DNA of 24,000 nt, taken from NCBI RefSeq assembly GCF_022440805.1, contig NZ_JAKNTK010000001.1:1016542-1040541 (forward strand), in the 5' to 3' direction. Origin of the DNA: Holdemania massiliensis. Lineage in GTDB: Bacteria > Bacillota_I > Bacilli_A > Erysipelotrichales > Erysipelotrichaceae. The notes under the pieces are model-generated. The model searched no databases. It had not been told where the DNA came from and saw only the letters and a list, made by a program, of their open reading frames with translations. This document shows, in pieces, positions 1 to 9,523 of the stretch (position 1 is the first letter of the stretch; each line of letters starts with the position of its first letter). The translations under genes and the position numbers were made by a program.

Positions 1-1
1 T

Positions 2-151
2 TCTGTGATCATGCCGAATGCGGTGATCGGTGAGGGCGCCAAGGTAACCCGCTGCATCGTCGCGGACAATGTCGAAATCAGTCCGGGCGCCGTTGTCGGC
101 CATAAGGACAGCGAGCATATTGAACTGATCGCAAAAAAGAGAGTGAAATAA
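2..151 (+). CDS. glgC: Glucose-1-phosphate adenylyltransferase GlgC, C-terminal fragment (5' end lies outside the window)
   Basis: Open frame enters from the left edge. Hand translation: SVIMPNAVIGEGAKVTRCIVADNVEISPGAVVGHKDSEHIELIAKKRVK, with stop TAA at 149-151. The hexapeptide-repeat style C-terminus and the position directly upstream of glgD-glgA fit GlgC. Confidence 0.75.
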   Translation, partial: SVIMPNAVIGEGAKVTRCIVADNVEISPGAVVGHKDSEHIELIAKKRVK

Positions 152-164
152 GGGGGACGGAAGT

Positions 165-1280
165 ATGTGTGACGCATTAGGAATTATTAACTTTGAAGAC
201 GCCTGTGTCGACATCACAGGTCTGATGGATTACCGCCCGGCTTCTGCGATCTCTTTTCTGGGTCGTTACCGTTTGATTGACTTCATGCTTTCCAATATGA
301 CCAATTCCGGGATTTCCCAGATTGAGGTGTTTATTAAAGACAAGCCGCGTTCCCTGATCGAACATCTGGGCAACGGCCGGCAGTACAACATCAACTCCAA
401 GCGCGGACGCCTGAGTATTTTGTATGGTGAAAACCGGATCATGTCGGAGGTTTACAATCACGATATTGCCAACTTCATGGACAACATTCAGTACATTGAA
501 GAGGTCAACAAGCCTTACGTCATCATCGCGCCGAGCTATATGATCTATCAGATCGACTTCAATGAAGTCCTGAAATATCATGCCGAAAAGAATTCAGACG
601 TAACCGTGATTTACAAATCGACGGATAATGCCAAGGAAGAATTTATCGGCTGCGATACGCTGTCGATGGATAAGGACAAGCGAATTGTCGCCTTTGAAAA
701 GAACCGCGGCAAATACAAAACCCGCAATGTTTCGCTGGAAGCTTATGTCATGACGAAAAAGCTGTTTTTGGAACTGGTCCGCAAAGCTGCCAACACTAGC
801 TCGCTGTATTGGTTCAAAGATATTTTGGCGGACAGCTGTGAAGATCTGCGGATCAACGGCTATGCGTTTAAGGGCATGGTTTACTGTGTCAACAGTCTGC
901 GCAGCTATTTCAAGGCGAACATTGAACTGCGCACGCATGCCAAGGCGCGGGAGCTGTTTAAAGAAGATTGGCCGATTCACACCCGGACCAACGATTCTGC
1001 GCCGTCGCAGTATATGCCGGAAGCGAAAATCCGCGGCTGTTCGATTGCCAATGGCTGTCATATTGAAGGCCATGTGGAAAACTGCGTCATCGGACGAAAT
1101 GTCATTATCAAACGCGGCGCTGTCGTGAAAAACAGTGTGATTCTGCCGGGGGCGTATATCGGTGAGGGCGCGAAGCTGGATCATGTTATCGTCGATAAGG
1201 CGGCGATTGTCAACCATGTTAAAAAGCTGGTCGGGACCGATGATTCCCCGATCTATGTGAAACGCAGAGATCGGATTTAA
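165..1280 (+). CDS. glgD: Glucose-1-phosphate adenylyltransferase regulatory subunit GlgD
   Basis: 371 aa. The N-terminus ALGIINFED...RPASAISFLGRYRLIDFMLSNMTNSGI lacks the catalytic GGxGxRL loop of GlgC but keeps the nucleotidyltransferase fold. The C-terminal beta-helix repeats are present (IGRNVIIKRGAVVKNSVILPGAYIGEGAKL). RBS GGGGGA lies upstream. The gene sits between glgC and glgA as in Bacillus-type glg operons. Confidence 0.85.
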   Translation: MCDALGIINFEDACVDITGLMDYRPASAISFLGRYRLIDFMLSNMTNSGISQIEVFIKDKPRSLIEHLGNGRQYNINSKRGRLSILYGENRIMSEVYNHDIANFMDNIQYIEEVNKPYVIIAPSYMIYQIDFNEVLKYHAEKNSDVTVIYKSTDNAKEEFIGCDTLSMDKDKRIVAFEKNRGKYKTRNVSLEAYVMTKKLFLELVRKAANTSSLYWFKDILADSCEDLRINGYAFKGMVYCVNSLRSYFKANIELRTHAKARELFKEDWPIHTRTNDSAPSQYMPEAKIRGCSIANGCHIEGHVENCVIGRNVIIKRGAVVKNSVILPGAYIGEGAKLDHVIVDKAAIVNHVKKLVGTDDSPIYVKRRDRI

Positions 1281-1292
1281 AGGAGGGGTCTT

Positions 1293-2726
1293 ATGAAATC
1301 AGTATTGTTTGTCGCAGCGGAAGGTTTGCCGTATATCAAAACCGGCGGACTGGCAGACGTTATCGGCTCGCTGCCGAAAATCTTGAATGAAAAAGGCATG
1401 GATGCCCGAGTTGTTTTGCCGCTGTATAAACGAATTGCTGAAAAATACCGCGGTGAGTTCACCAAGCTGAAAACAATCCCGATTCATGTCGGTGTAATCG
1501 ACACGGTCGCGACCATTTATCAGTCGCAGTGGGAAAATGTCACCTATTATTTTATCGAACATGCCGGCTATTTTGAAAGAGATGGACTTTACGGCTATCC
1601 GGATGACGGCGAACGGTTCGCATTCTATCAAAAAGCGGTGCTGGAAATGCTTTGGGCATTGGATTTCTTCCCGGATATCATGCATTGCCATGATTGGCAC
1701 ACCGGGATGATTGCAGCGATGTGCCACATTCAGTATCCGGATGATCAGCGCTATCAGCAGATCAAGCACATGTATACGATTCATAACCTGGCTTTCCAGG
1801 GGAATTTCCCAGCCGATGTGCTGACGGACTGCCTGGGCATTGACCGCCGTTATTTTGACGATGGTTCAATGCGCTTCCATAACGGTATCAGCTTCATGAA
1901 AACCGGAATTATTTTCTCGGATAAGATTACGACCGTATCGCCTTCTTATTCTCAGGAAATTCTGACCGCGCAGTATGGCGAACAGATGGATGAAGTGCTG
2001 CGGTTCAGACAGAGCGATCTGTACGGTATCGTCAACGGAATTGATACCCAGATGTGGGATCCGATGCAGGATCCGGCATTGCCGGCGCATTACAATGCAG
2101 AATCCGTGCTGGAAGGCAAGCGCGCCAACAAAGCTGCGGTTCAGAAAGAATTGGGGCTGCGGGTAGCGGACGATGTGATGATGATCGGGATTGTTTCCCG
2201 TCTGACCTGGCAGAAAGGCGTGTATCTGATCATTGAAAAGATGGCGGATATCATGGGTCTGGATATTCAGTTTGTCGTTTTGGGCACCGGGGAAACGCAT
2301 ATCGAAAATCAATTTAAGATGATGGAAGACAAATACCGCCGCCGGGCTGTGTATTACTGCGGTTACAATGATGAACTGGCGCATCGGATTTATGCCGGCT
2401 GCGACCTGTTCTTAATGCCGTCCTTGTTTGAGCCGTGCGGAATCGGTCAGCTGATTGCCATGCATTACGGGGCGCTGCCGCTGGTGCGTGAAACAGGCGG
2501 CCTGCGTGATACGGTACACCCATACAACCAGTATACTAAGGAAGGCAACGGCTTCAGCTTTACCGCCTTCAACAGCCATGACATGCTTTACACGCTGCGC
2601 TGCGCCGCGGATACCTATTATCTCAATCGTGCGGATTGGGATCAGCTGGTTCAGCAGGCGATGGGAACGGATGTCAGCTGGAACCTGTCGGCGGATCAGT
2701 ATACTCAACTCTATAACGAAATGTAA
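1293..2726 (+). CDS. glgA: Glycogen synthase (ADP-glucose type, GT5)
   Basis: 477 aa. The N-terminal KTGGLADV motif is present (VAAEGLPYIKTGGLADVIGSLPK), as is the C-terminal LMPSLFEPCGIGQLIAMHYGALPLVRETGGLRDTV. RBS AAAGGAGGGG lies 7 nt upstream. Confidence 0.95.
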   Translation: MKSVLFVAAEGLPYIKTGGLADVIGSLPKILNEKGMDARVVLPLYKRIAEKYRGEFTKLKTIPIHVGVIDTVATIYQSQWENVTYYFIEHAGYFERDGLYGYPDDGERFAFYQKAVLEMLWALDFFPDIMHCHDWHTGMIAAMCHIQYPDDQRYQQIKHMYTIHNLAFQGNFPADVLTDCLGIDRRYFDDGSMRFHNGISFMKTGIIFSDKITTVSPSYSQEILTAQYGEQMDEVLRFRQSDLYGIVNGIDTQMWDPMQDPALPAHYNAESVLEGKRANKAAVQKELGLRVADDVMMIGIVSRLTWQKGVYLIIEKMADIMGLDIQFVVLGTGETHIENQFKMMEDKYRRRAVYYCGYNDELAHRIYAGCDLFLMPSLFEPCGIGQLIAMHYGALPLVRETGGLRDTVHPYNQYTKEGNGFSFTAFNSHDMLYTLRCAADTYYLNRADWDQLVQQAMGTDVSWNLSADQYTQLYNEM

Positions 2727-2765
2727 AAGAAGCGAAAAAAAGCTTCTTTTCTTTTTCTTCTTTTT
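2726..2765 (+). terminator. Probable intrinsic terminator after glgA
   Basis: Short stem GAAGC (2729-2733) / GCTTC (2742-2746), extendable by A:U pairs, with loop GAAAAAAA. A long T-rich tract follows (TTTTCTTTTTCTTCTTTTT). Confidence 0.5.
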
Positions 2766-2844
2766 GAGTTGAAATTCGGCTCGAAAACAAGAAAAAAAGA
2801 CGCTCAGAGAGAGGGGAAAGCGACAATGGGGCAAGGTTGTCAAA

Positions 2845-2858
2845 AGAAAGCGCTATCA
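2845..2858. promoter_or_regulatory. cre-like (CcpA) operator candidate upstream of the pgk promoter
   Basis: AGAAAGCGCTATCA matches 13 of 14 positions of the cre consensus TGWAANCGNTNWCA. Only the first base differs and the central CG is retained. It lies about 36 bp upstream of the predicted -35. Confidence 0.35.
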
Positions 2859-2893
2859 CCTTGATAAGATGATCACAAGCGGCTTTTTCCTAG

Positions 2894-2922
2894 TTTACTT
2901 CACTTCTTTCGGGTGTTATAAT
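2894..2922 (+). promoter_or_regulatory. SigA-type promoter for pgk-tpiA-eno
   Basis: -35 TTTACT (2894-2899), 17-bp spacer, -10 TATAAT (2917-2922). A TGt at 2914-2916 precedes the -10, giving an extended -10. The promoter is 29 bp upstream of the pgk ATG, and the RBS AAAGGAGG lies between them. Confidence 0.6.
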
Positions 2923-2950
2923 TTGAAATGTAAAAGGAGGAATTCTTAAC

Positions 2951-4147
2951 ATGGCAAAACAAACTGTTCGTGACCTTGATGTTAAAGGAAAACGCGTCCT
3001 GGTTCGCGTCGACTTTAACGTACCTATCAAAGATGGAAAAATTACCAATGATAACCGTATCGTTTCCGCTCTGCCGACAATCAACTATCTGACAGAGCAC
3101 GGTGCAAAGGTTATCCTGATGTCGCATCTGGGCAAGATCGATCATAAAGATCCTGAAAAGTGCGAAGCTGGCAAGAAAAAGAACAACATGGCTCCGGTAG
3201 CAGAACGGCTGCAGGAACTGGTTTCCGGCAAGGTAACCTTCGTTCCGGTAACCCGCGGCGAAGAACTGGAAAATGCCATTGCAGCGATGAACGAAGGCGA
3301 CATCGTGCTGATGCAGAATACCCGTTATGAAAAGGGCGAATCCAAGAATGATCCGGATCTGGCGGCGTATTGGGCAGGCTTAGGTGATCTGTTCGTTTCC
3401 GATGCGTTCGGATCAGTTCACAGAGCGCATGCTTCGACCGTAGGCATTGCAACGCATCTGCCTAGCGCCTGCGGATTCCTGGTTCAGAAAGAAATTGAAA
3501 ATCTGAGCGCGGCCATCGACAATCCGAAGCGTCCGTTAGTCGCTATCCTGGGCGGCGCGAAAGTTTCCGATAAGATCGCAGTCATTGAGAACCTGCTGAA
3601 CATCGCGGACAAGGTCATTGTCGGCGGTGGTATGGCGTATACCTTCTTAAAGGCGCAGGGTAAGGAAATCGGTACATCTCTGTTGGAAGAAGACCGCATT
3701 GAAATGGCGAAGGAATTCCTGGCTAAGGGCGGCGATAAGCTGATTCTTCCAGTTGATTCTGTCGTTGCCAATGCGTTTGAAAACGCAACGGAAGTCAAAA
3801 CGGTCAGCAATGATGAAATTCCGGCAGGCTTCATGGGTCTGGATATCGGTCCGAAGTCGGTTGAACTGTTCAAGCAGGAACTGCAGGGTGCCAAGACGGT
3901 AGTCTGGAACGGCCCGATGGGCGTGTTTGAAAATCCAGCTTATGCTAACGGTACAATCGAAGTCTGCAAGGCTATTTCTGAACTGCCGGAAGCAATGACG
4001 GTCATCGGCGGCGGCGATTCTGCGGCAGCAGCGATCCAGCTGGGCTTCAAGGATAAGTTCACGCATATTTCCACTGGCGGCGGCGCTTCCCTGGAATACA
4101 TGGAAGGCAAAGAACTGCCGGGCATTGCAATCATTCAGGAGAAATAA
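2951..4147 (+). CDS. pgk: Phosphoglycerate kinase
   Basis: 398 aa. Diagnostic stretches: [51 protein letters not shown] and [14 protein letters not shown]. Confidence 0.97.
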   Translation: MAKQTVRDLDVKGKRVLVRVDFNVPIKDGKITNDNRIVSALPTINYLTEHGAKVILMSHLGKIDHKDPEKCEAGKKKNNMAPVAERLQELVSGKVTFVPVTRGEELENAIAAMNEGDIVLMQNTRYEKGESKNDPDLAAYWAGLGDLFVSDAFGSVHRAHASTVGIATHLPSACGFLVQKEIENLSAAIDNPKRPLVAILGGAKVSDKIAVIENLLNIADKVIVGGGMAYTFLKAQGKEIGTSLLEEDRIEMAKEFLAKGGDKLILPVDSVVANAFENATEVKTVSNDEIPAGFMGLDIGPKSVELFKQELQGAKTVVWNGPMGVFENPAYANGTIEVCKAISELPEAMTVIGGGDSAAAAIQLGFKDKFTHISTGGGASLEYMEGKELPGIAIIQEK

Positions 4148-4151
4148 ATCA

Positions 4152-4895
4152 ATGAGAAAACCAATTATTGTCGGAAACTGGAAAATGAATAAGACCTGCG
4201 CAGAAGCAGTCAGCTTCATCAATGAAATTGAACCGAAGCTGCACGGCGGCGCAGATTACGGCATCGCAGCTCCGTTTACGGCGCTGAAAGACTGCGTTAA
4301 CACCGCTAAGAATTTGCTTGTTGCCGCAGAAAACTGCCACTTTGAAGACAACGGTGCTTTCACCGGTGAAGTCAGTGTTCCAATGCTGGAAGAAATCGGC
4401 GTGAAATGGTGCATTATCGGTCATTCTGAGCGTCGTCAGATGTTCAATGAAACCGATGAAACGGTCAACAAAAAGGCAAAACGGCTGCTGGAAGCAGGCA
4501 TCACTCCAATTCTGTGCATCGGCGAAACCGAAGCTCAGTTTGACGCCGGCCAGACAGAAGAAGTCATCCGTGCTCAGCTCAAAGGCGGCCTGGATGGACT
4601 GTGCCCGAAATGCGTTGCCAAGATGGTTCTGGCTTATGAGCCGATCTGGGCAATCGGTACGGGCAAGAGCGCAACGAAGGAAATTGCGCAGAACTGCTGC
4701 CACATTGTCCGCGACCAGGTTCGCGTCATGTTCGGCGATGAAGCGGCCGACAGCGTTCGTGTTCAGTACGGCGGATCCGTCAAACCGAACAACATTAAGG
4801 AATACATGGCCATGGAAGATATCGACGGCGCTCTGATCGGCGGAGCTTCGCTGAAAACGGATTCCTTTGAAGAAATCATCAACGCTACAAAATAA
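4152..4895 (+). CDS. tpiA: Triosephosphate isomerase
   Basis: Motifs GNWKMN, IIGHSERR, AYEPIWAIGTGKSAT and YGGSVKP are present. I place the start at ATG 4152 (MRKPIIVGNWKMN), 10 nt after AGGAG at 4137-4141. The ORF-track start at 4125 lies inside pgk and has no RBS. Confidence 0.95.
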   Translation: MRKPIIVGNWKMNKTCAEAVSFINEIEPKLHGGADYGIAAPFTALKDCVNTAKNLLVAAENCHFEDNGAFTGEVSVPMLEEIGVKWCIIGHSERRQMFNETDETVNKKAKRLLEAGITPILCIGETEAQFDAGQTEEVIRAQLKGGLDGLCPKCVAKMVLAYEPIWAIGTGKSATKEIAQNCCHIVRDQVRVMFGDEAADSVRVQYGGSVKPNNIKEYMAMEDIDGALIGGASLKTDSFEEIINATK

Positions 4896-4957
4896 GCTAA
4901 ACTGACAAAATTCCCATCGATCCTCTGTCTATAATGAAGCCAAAAGGAGGCGTCGTT

Positions 4958-5146
4958 ATGAAAAAGAGGATCGGCGGGATTCTGATTGTTTCCGGCGCCA
5001 TCTTGTTGCTGAATCCGACTCTGGACGTCCAACAGCTGATGGCCGGCGTGGAAACGATGCTGGTCAGCTACTGGCCGGTACTGCTGATTGTTCTGGGCCT
5101 GGCGCTGCAGAATGACAGCCGAAAAACAAAGAAAACACACCGTTAG
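4958..5146 (+). CDS. Small hypothetical membrane protein (62 aa, two predicted TM helices)
   Basis: ATG 4958 lies 8 nt after AAAGGAGG (4943-4950). Sequence: MKKRIGGILIVSGAILLLNP...SYWPVLLIVLGLALQ, followed by a basic tail. The G-x-x-L-L / W-P-x-L-L-I-x-x-G pattern recalls LiaI/LiaF-type TM regions, but this is from memory only. It sits between tpiA and eno in the same orientation. Confidence 0.5.
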   Translation: MKKRIGGILIVSGAILLLNPTLDVQQLMAGVETMLVSYWPVLLIVLGLALQNDSRKTKKTHR

Positions 5147-5195
5147 CATTTGACTTTTTCCCAACGTTTTTAATGAGAAGGAAAAAGGAAAATAG

Positions 5196-6524
<1,329 letters not shown>

Positions 6525-6543
6525 GTTCTAAGCACAAACCATG

Positions 6544-6577
6544 AAAGACAGACCTGAATTCGGGTTTGTCTTTTTTT
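6544..6577 (+). terminator. Intrinsic terminator after eno
   Basis: Stem GACAGACC (6547-6554) / GGTTTGTC (6563-6570) with one G:U pair and an 8-nt loop, followed by T7 (6571-6577). Confidence 0.8.
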
Positions 6578-6603
6578 CTTGTTAAAAATTTGTTTGTCAT
6601 CGC

Positions 6604-6633
6604 TTGACAGTCTGATCCAGTTTAGGTTTAAAT
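6604..6633 (+). promoter_or_regulatory. Candidate SigA promoter for the HAD hydrolase gene
   Basis: Perfect -35 TTGACA (6604-6609), 18-bp spacer, -10 TTAAAT (6628-6633), 35 bp upstream of the ATG. Confidence 0.45.
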
Positions 6634-6667
6634 GAAAGCAAACAATGAATGAAAGCGGAGGAGAAAG

Positions 6668-7315
6668 ATGATAAAAGGGATAATCTTTGACTGTGATGGC
6701 GTATTAACGGATACGGAACCTAAGTTTACGAAAGGGATGATGGATCATCTGCATGCCTTGGGGATTCAGGCGGATCCGCAGGACTTGGAAACATTTTGCG
6801 GCATGACGCTGCGGCGCTCTTGCGAGGAAGTGATGAAGCGATACAAGATTGATCAGCTTGATCTTGATCAGTTTATCGAAGATGAACAGCGCTGTTATGA
6901 CCGCTATTTTCAAGATGATCAGATGTTTCCCATGCCGGGATTAATGGGGTTTTTGGATTTTCTTCAAAAACAAGGAATTCAGCTGGCGGTCGCCACTTCT
7001 TCCAGTACAGCCTACATTCAGCACCTGTTGGACTTGTTTCAGATCAAAGACCGGTTTTCTGTCGTGGTTGCTGGGGATCAGGTGGAAAATGGAAAGCCAG
7101 CCCCAGATATTTATTATAAAGCTATGGCTGAATTAGGACTGCCCGGCAGTGAGTTAGCCGTTATTGAAGATTCTGAAAATGGAATTGCCGCGGCAAAAAA
7201 AGCCGGTCTTTACACGATCGGCTTCAAGGCTTCCGAGATTGTTCAGAACACAGCGCAGGCAGATGTTGAAGTCAGGGATTATGCTGAACTTATGCAGCTG
7301 AAAAACTTATTCTGA
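6668..7315 (+). CDS. HAD-superfamily (subfamily IA) sugar-phosphate phosphatase / beta-phosphoglucomutase-like hydrolase
   Basis: 215 aa. HAD motif I is FDCDGVLTDTE, motif II is VATSS, and motifs III/IV are GKPAPDIY...IEDSENGIAAAKKAG. The substrate cannot be assigned from sequence alone. Confidence 0.85.
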   Translation: MIKGIIFDCDGVLTDTEPKFTKGMMDHLHALGIQADPQDLETFCGMTLRRSCEEVMKRYKIDQLDLDQFIEDEQRCYDRYFQDDQMFPMPGLMGFLDFLQKQGIQLAVATSSSTAYIQHLLDLFQIKDRFSVVVAGDQVENGKPAPDIYYKAMAELGLPGSELAVIEDSENGIAAAKKAGLYTIGFKASEIVQNTAQADVEVRDYAELMQLKNLF

Positions 7316-9325
7316 AGAGTACATAATCTGTTTCTCAAAATAAGTCAGAATTGCTTCGGAGTCCGCAGATTTCATCATAACGCTGAAATCTGGCCGGCGC
7401 AATAACGTCATTAAGCGAATCAAGATATTGGCATATTCCGGTGTGTCATAAACCGCACAGGCAAGAATGATGGAGACTGGACTGTATTGATGATTGCCGA
7501 AAGCAACCGGCTGTTTTAAACGAAGCAGTGAGATCGCAGGCTCAATGACACCATCTTGAGGTGAGGCGTGGGCTAAGGCAATTCCCGGAGCGATGACAAT
7601 ATAAGGACCATATTTTATCACCAGATCAATCATCTGCTGCAGATAATTGACGGTGATTTTTTTCTGCCAGAGAAGCAACTCACCGGCTGCAATAATCCCC
7701 TCTTTCCAATCTGTAATTTCTTTGTCAAGCAGTATTCTTTCGCTGGAAAAGAGCTTGAGAAACATTGTTTTTTCATTGAGTGTGATGGATAAAGAGAAGG
7801 CGGAGAGGCGGGACTGATCAGAAAGGGAAATCTTTCGTTTTCCTTCCAGCGTGTTTAAAAATGCTCGGATCTCAGTCAGATCTGTTTCTGTAAGCAGGAC
7901 GCTGACTGTAAGCGAAGGAACCGGAAGTGAATCCAGCGGTACAGTTGAAATAATCAAGTCGATATTTTTATTCTTAATCATTTCAGCCGCTTTATGCGCC
8001 GGACAAATATCCACCAGCTGAACATGGAAATACTTTGTGATCTGCATGGCTAGAAAATTTCCTGTTGCCATGCCGCTGCTGCAGGTAATCAAAATATTCG
8101 GAACATAATGATTCAGCTTCCCGCGTTCCATAGATGCTAAGATGTGCATTAGGATATAAGCTGTTTCGTTGTCACTCAGCGAAATATTTAATCCGTTTTC
8201 CAGAATATAAATATTTTGTTTTATGATTGCGAAATCTTTCGCATACCGGTTCTGGGTTTCCATAAGATAGGGATTCTCCAGCTTTTTTCCTGATTGAAGC
8301 CGGTGACAGCACGCTGAAATGTGAGCACACAAGTATTCCAGCAGCAGAGAATCGCTGAGGAAATCCATTTTATAAGAGAAGGAAACATTCTGCAGAAATT
8401 CTTTAATGATCATGGCAAAAAGAACGGAATCCTGAGGAGTTGAATTTATTTTCAGTACGATATCCATATCCTTCAGCGTTTTGATAAAAAACGCAGTTTC
8501 AGCTGAAATCCAATTTACCTTGGATTTCAGCGTATCGCCGACGGCTTGAGAAAAACGAACTAAGGATAAAGGAAATTCTGAGGTCTGGATGTCCTGAGCC
8601 TGATGTCCGGTCTGAATTCTGCCTATTTGGAAAATCAAGATGAACAGAATGCGGTAAAAATCCGCATCTGAGATTTCTAAATCCAGCATAACTTCTGTCT
8701 GTTTAATACAGGCCTCAGCCAGAGATCGATATTTGATGATCTTTAATATATTCGTTATATAAAGTGTGCAGGGATTGATCGGCTGAGCGGCAAAACATTC
8801 TTCATAATCCCAGTCAGGAAGCAAAGAATCAAGTAAAAAGGTCCGTTTATCATTTTCAGGACCTACGAACCAGAGACCGTCCTGCGTACTTTTGAGAAAG
8901 TGGGTATGATAAGTCTTGCTTTTAAGCTTAATCGCTTGCAGATCATTGATAATTGTATTCCGGCTGACACAGAGCAGCTCTTTTAATGTATCGTTTTTAA
9001 CAGGCGTTTCTGAACAGATCAGAAGGCAGAGTAGAATAAATTGCCGTTCGCGGCCTGACAGACGATATTCGTAGAAGGTCAGCGAGTTCATGGAAGCAAT
9101 AATATAACTGCGCTGTGCTGAGGTTCCTGTAAATCGAAATTCCTTTCCGTCAAAAAGAAGTGTCTCGCAGACTCCAAGGGATGTCAGATAATCAAAAAGC
9201 TCTTCACTGTAATTATAAATTGTTCGCTTTGAAACACCGAAGGCTTCAGAGATCTCAGTGAGTCTGAGCGGTCTTTCGGGTGTCGTTATGATTTTTTTTA
9301 GTAATGCATAAATTTGCTTATTCAT
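7307..9325 (-). CDS. PRD-domain transcriptional activator with C-terminal EIIB(Gat)-like and EIIA(type 2) domains (MtlR/LicR/ManR class)
   Basis: 672 aa. N-terminal winged-HTH: LRLTEISEAFGVSKRTIYNYSEEL. A second HTH-like stretch: LCVSRNTIINDLQAIK. The central PRD-like regions carry conserved His (CAHISACCHRL, AYILMHILASMERG). The EIIB-like segment has a Cys (ILITCSSGMATGNFLA). The EIIA-2 segment is YIVIAPGIALAHASPQDG...PVAFGN. The gene is divergent from the PTS operon. Confidence 0.8.
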   Translation of the reverse strand: MNKQIYALLKKIITTPERPLRLTEISEAFGVSKRTIYNYSEELFDYLTSLGVCETLLFDGKEFRFTGTSAQRSYIIASMNSLTFYEYRLSGRERQFILLCLLICSETPVKNDTLKELLCVSRNTIINDLQAIKLKSKTYHTHFLKSTQDGLWFVGPENDKRTFLLDSLLPDWDYEECFAAQPINPCTLYITNILKIIKYRSLAEACIKQTEVMLDLEISDADFYRILFILIFQIGRIQTGHQAQDIQTSEFPLSLVRFSQAVGDTLKSKVNWISAETAFFIKTLKDMDIVLKINSTPQDSVLFAMIIKEFLQNVSFSYKMDFLSDSLLLEYLCAHISACCHRLQSGKKLENPYLMETQNRYAKDFAIIKQNIYILENGLNISLSDNETAYILMHILASMERGKLNHYVPNILITCSSGMATGNFLAMQITKYFHVQLVDICPAHKAAEMIKNKNIDLIISTVPLDSLPVPSLTVSVLLTETDLTEIRAFLNTLEGKRKISLSDQSRLSAFSLSITLNEKTMFLKLFSSERILLDKEITDWKEGIIAAGELLLWQKKITVNYLQQMIDLVIKYGPYIVIAPGIALAHASPQDGVIEPAISLLRLKQPVAFGNHQYSPVSIILACAVYDTPEYANILIRLMTLLRRPDFSVMMKSADSEAILTYFEKQIMYSSE

Positions 9326-9352
9326 AATTTTCTCTTATTTTAACATGCTCTA

Positions 9353-9361
9353 ATTATACCA
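9353..9361 (-). promoter_or_regulatory. Candidate extended -10 promoter for the PRD regulator
   Basis: The minus strand reads TGgTATAAT (plus-strand ATTATACCA, 9353-9361), about 28 bp upstream of the regulator ATG (9325). No convincing -35 is present. Confidence 0.35.
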
Positions 9362-9385
9362 TAAAATGTTTACAAACCTGAATCC

Positions 9386-9415
9386 AAAAGGCTTCTGAAA
9401 AGGTTGAAGCATTTT
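9386..9415. promoter_or_regulatory. Imperfect inverted repeat in the divergent control region, a possible activator operator
   Basis: AAAAGGCTTC (9386-9395), 10 bp spacer, GAAGCATTTT (9406-9415). The arms are complementary at 9 of 10 positions. It lies about 55-85 bp upstream of a weak promoter candidate (TGTTCA, 17 bp, TATGAT at 9449-9477). Confidence 0.3.
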
Positions 9416-9523
9416 GTTTGGGAAAGAAGAAAAAGCAGGATTTTGGACTGTTCAAACAAGCTGAGGTCGTTTATGATGAAATCATGATCTAAGCTTAGTT
9501 TCATAAATCCGTATAGGAGGTGG

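Noticed and set aside
594-1217. Long antisense ORFs inside well-supported genes (for example 594-1217 minus, 1866-2384 minus, 3647-4222 minus, 4149-4703 minus, 17307-17756 minus, 23419-23933 minus)
   Set aside because: Each lies fully within a confidently identified gene on the opposite strand. All have Arg/His/Pro-rich shadow composition and lack RBSs.
4125-4151. Upstream start codons offered by the ORF track for tpiA (4125), eno (TTG 5220) and the 17286 ORF
   Set aside because: The internal starts at 4152, 5226 and 17406 have properly spaced SD sequences and give canonical N-termini or a signal peptide. The upstream starts lack an RBS or overlap the preceding gene.
9326-9523. Sigma-54 (-24 TGGCAC / -12 TTGCA) promoter or RAT/terminator antitermination structure for the PRD regulator
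   Set aside because: No GG-N10-GC element or terminator hairpin is visible in the leader. The regulator has DNA-binding HTH domains and no AAA+ module, so it fits the MtlR/LicR activator mode rather than the LevR or BglG/LicT modes.
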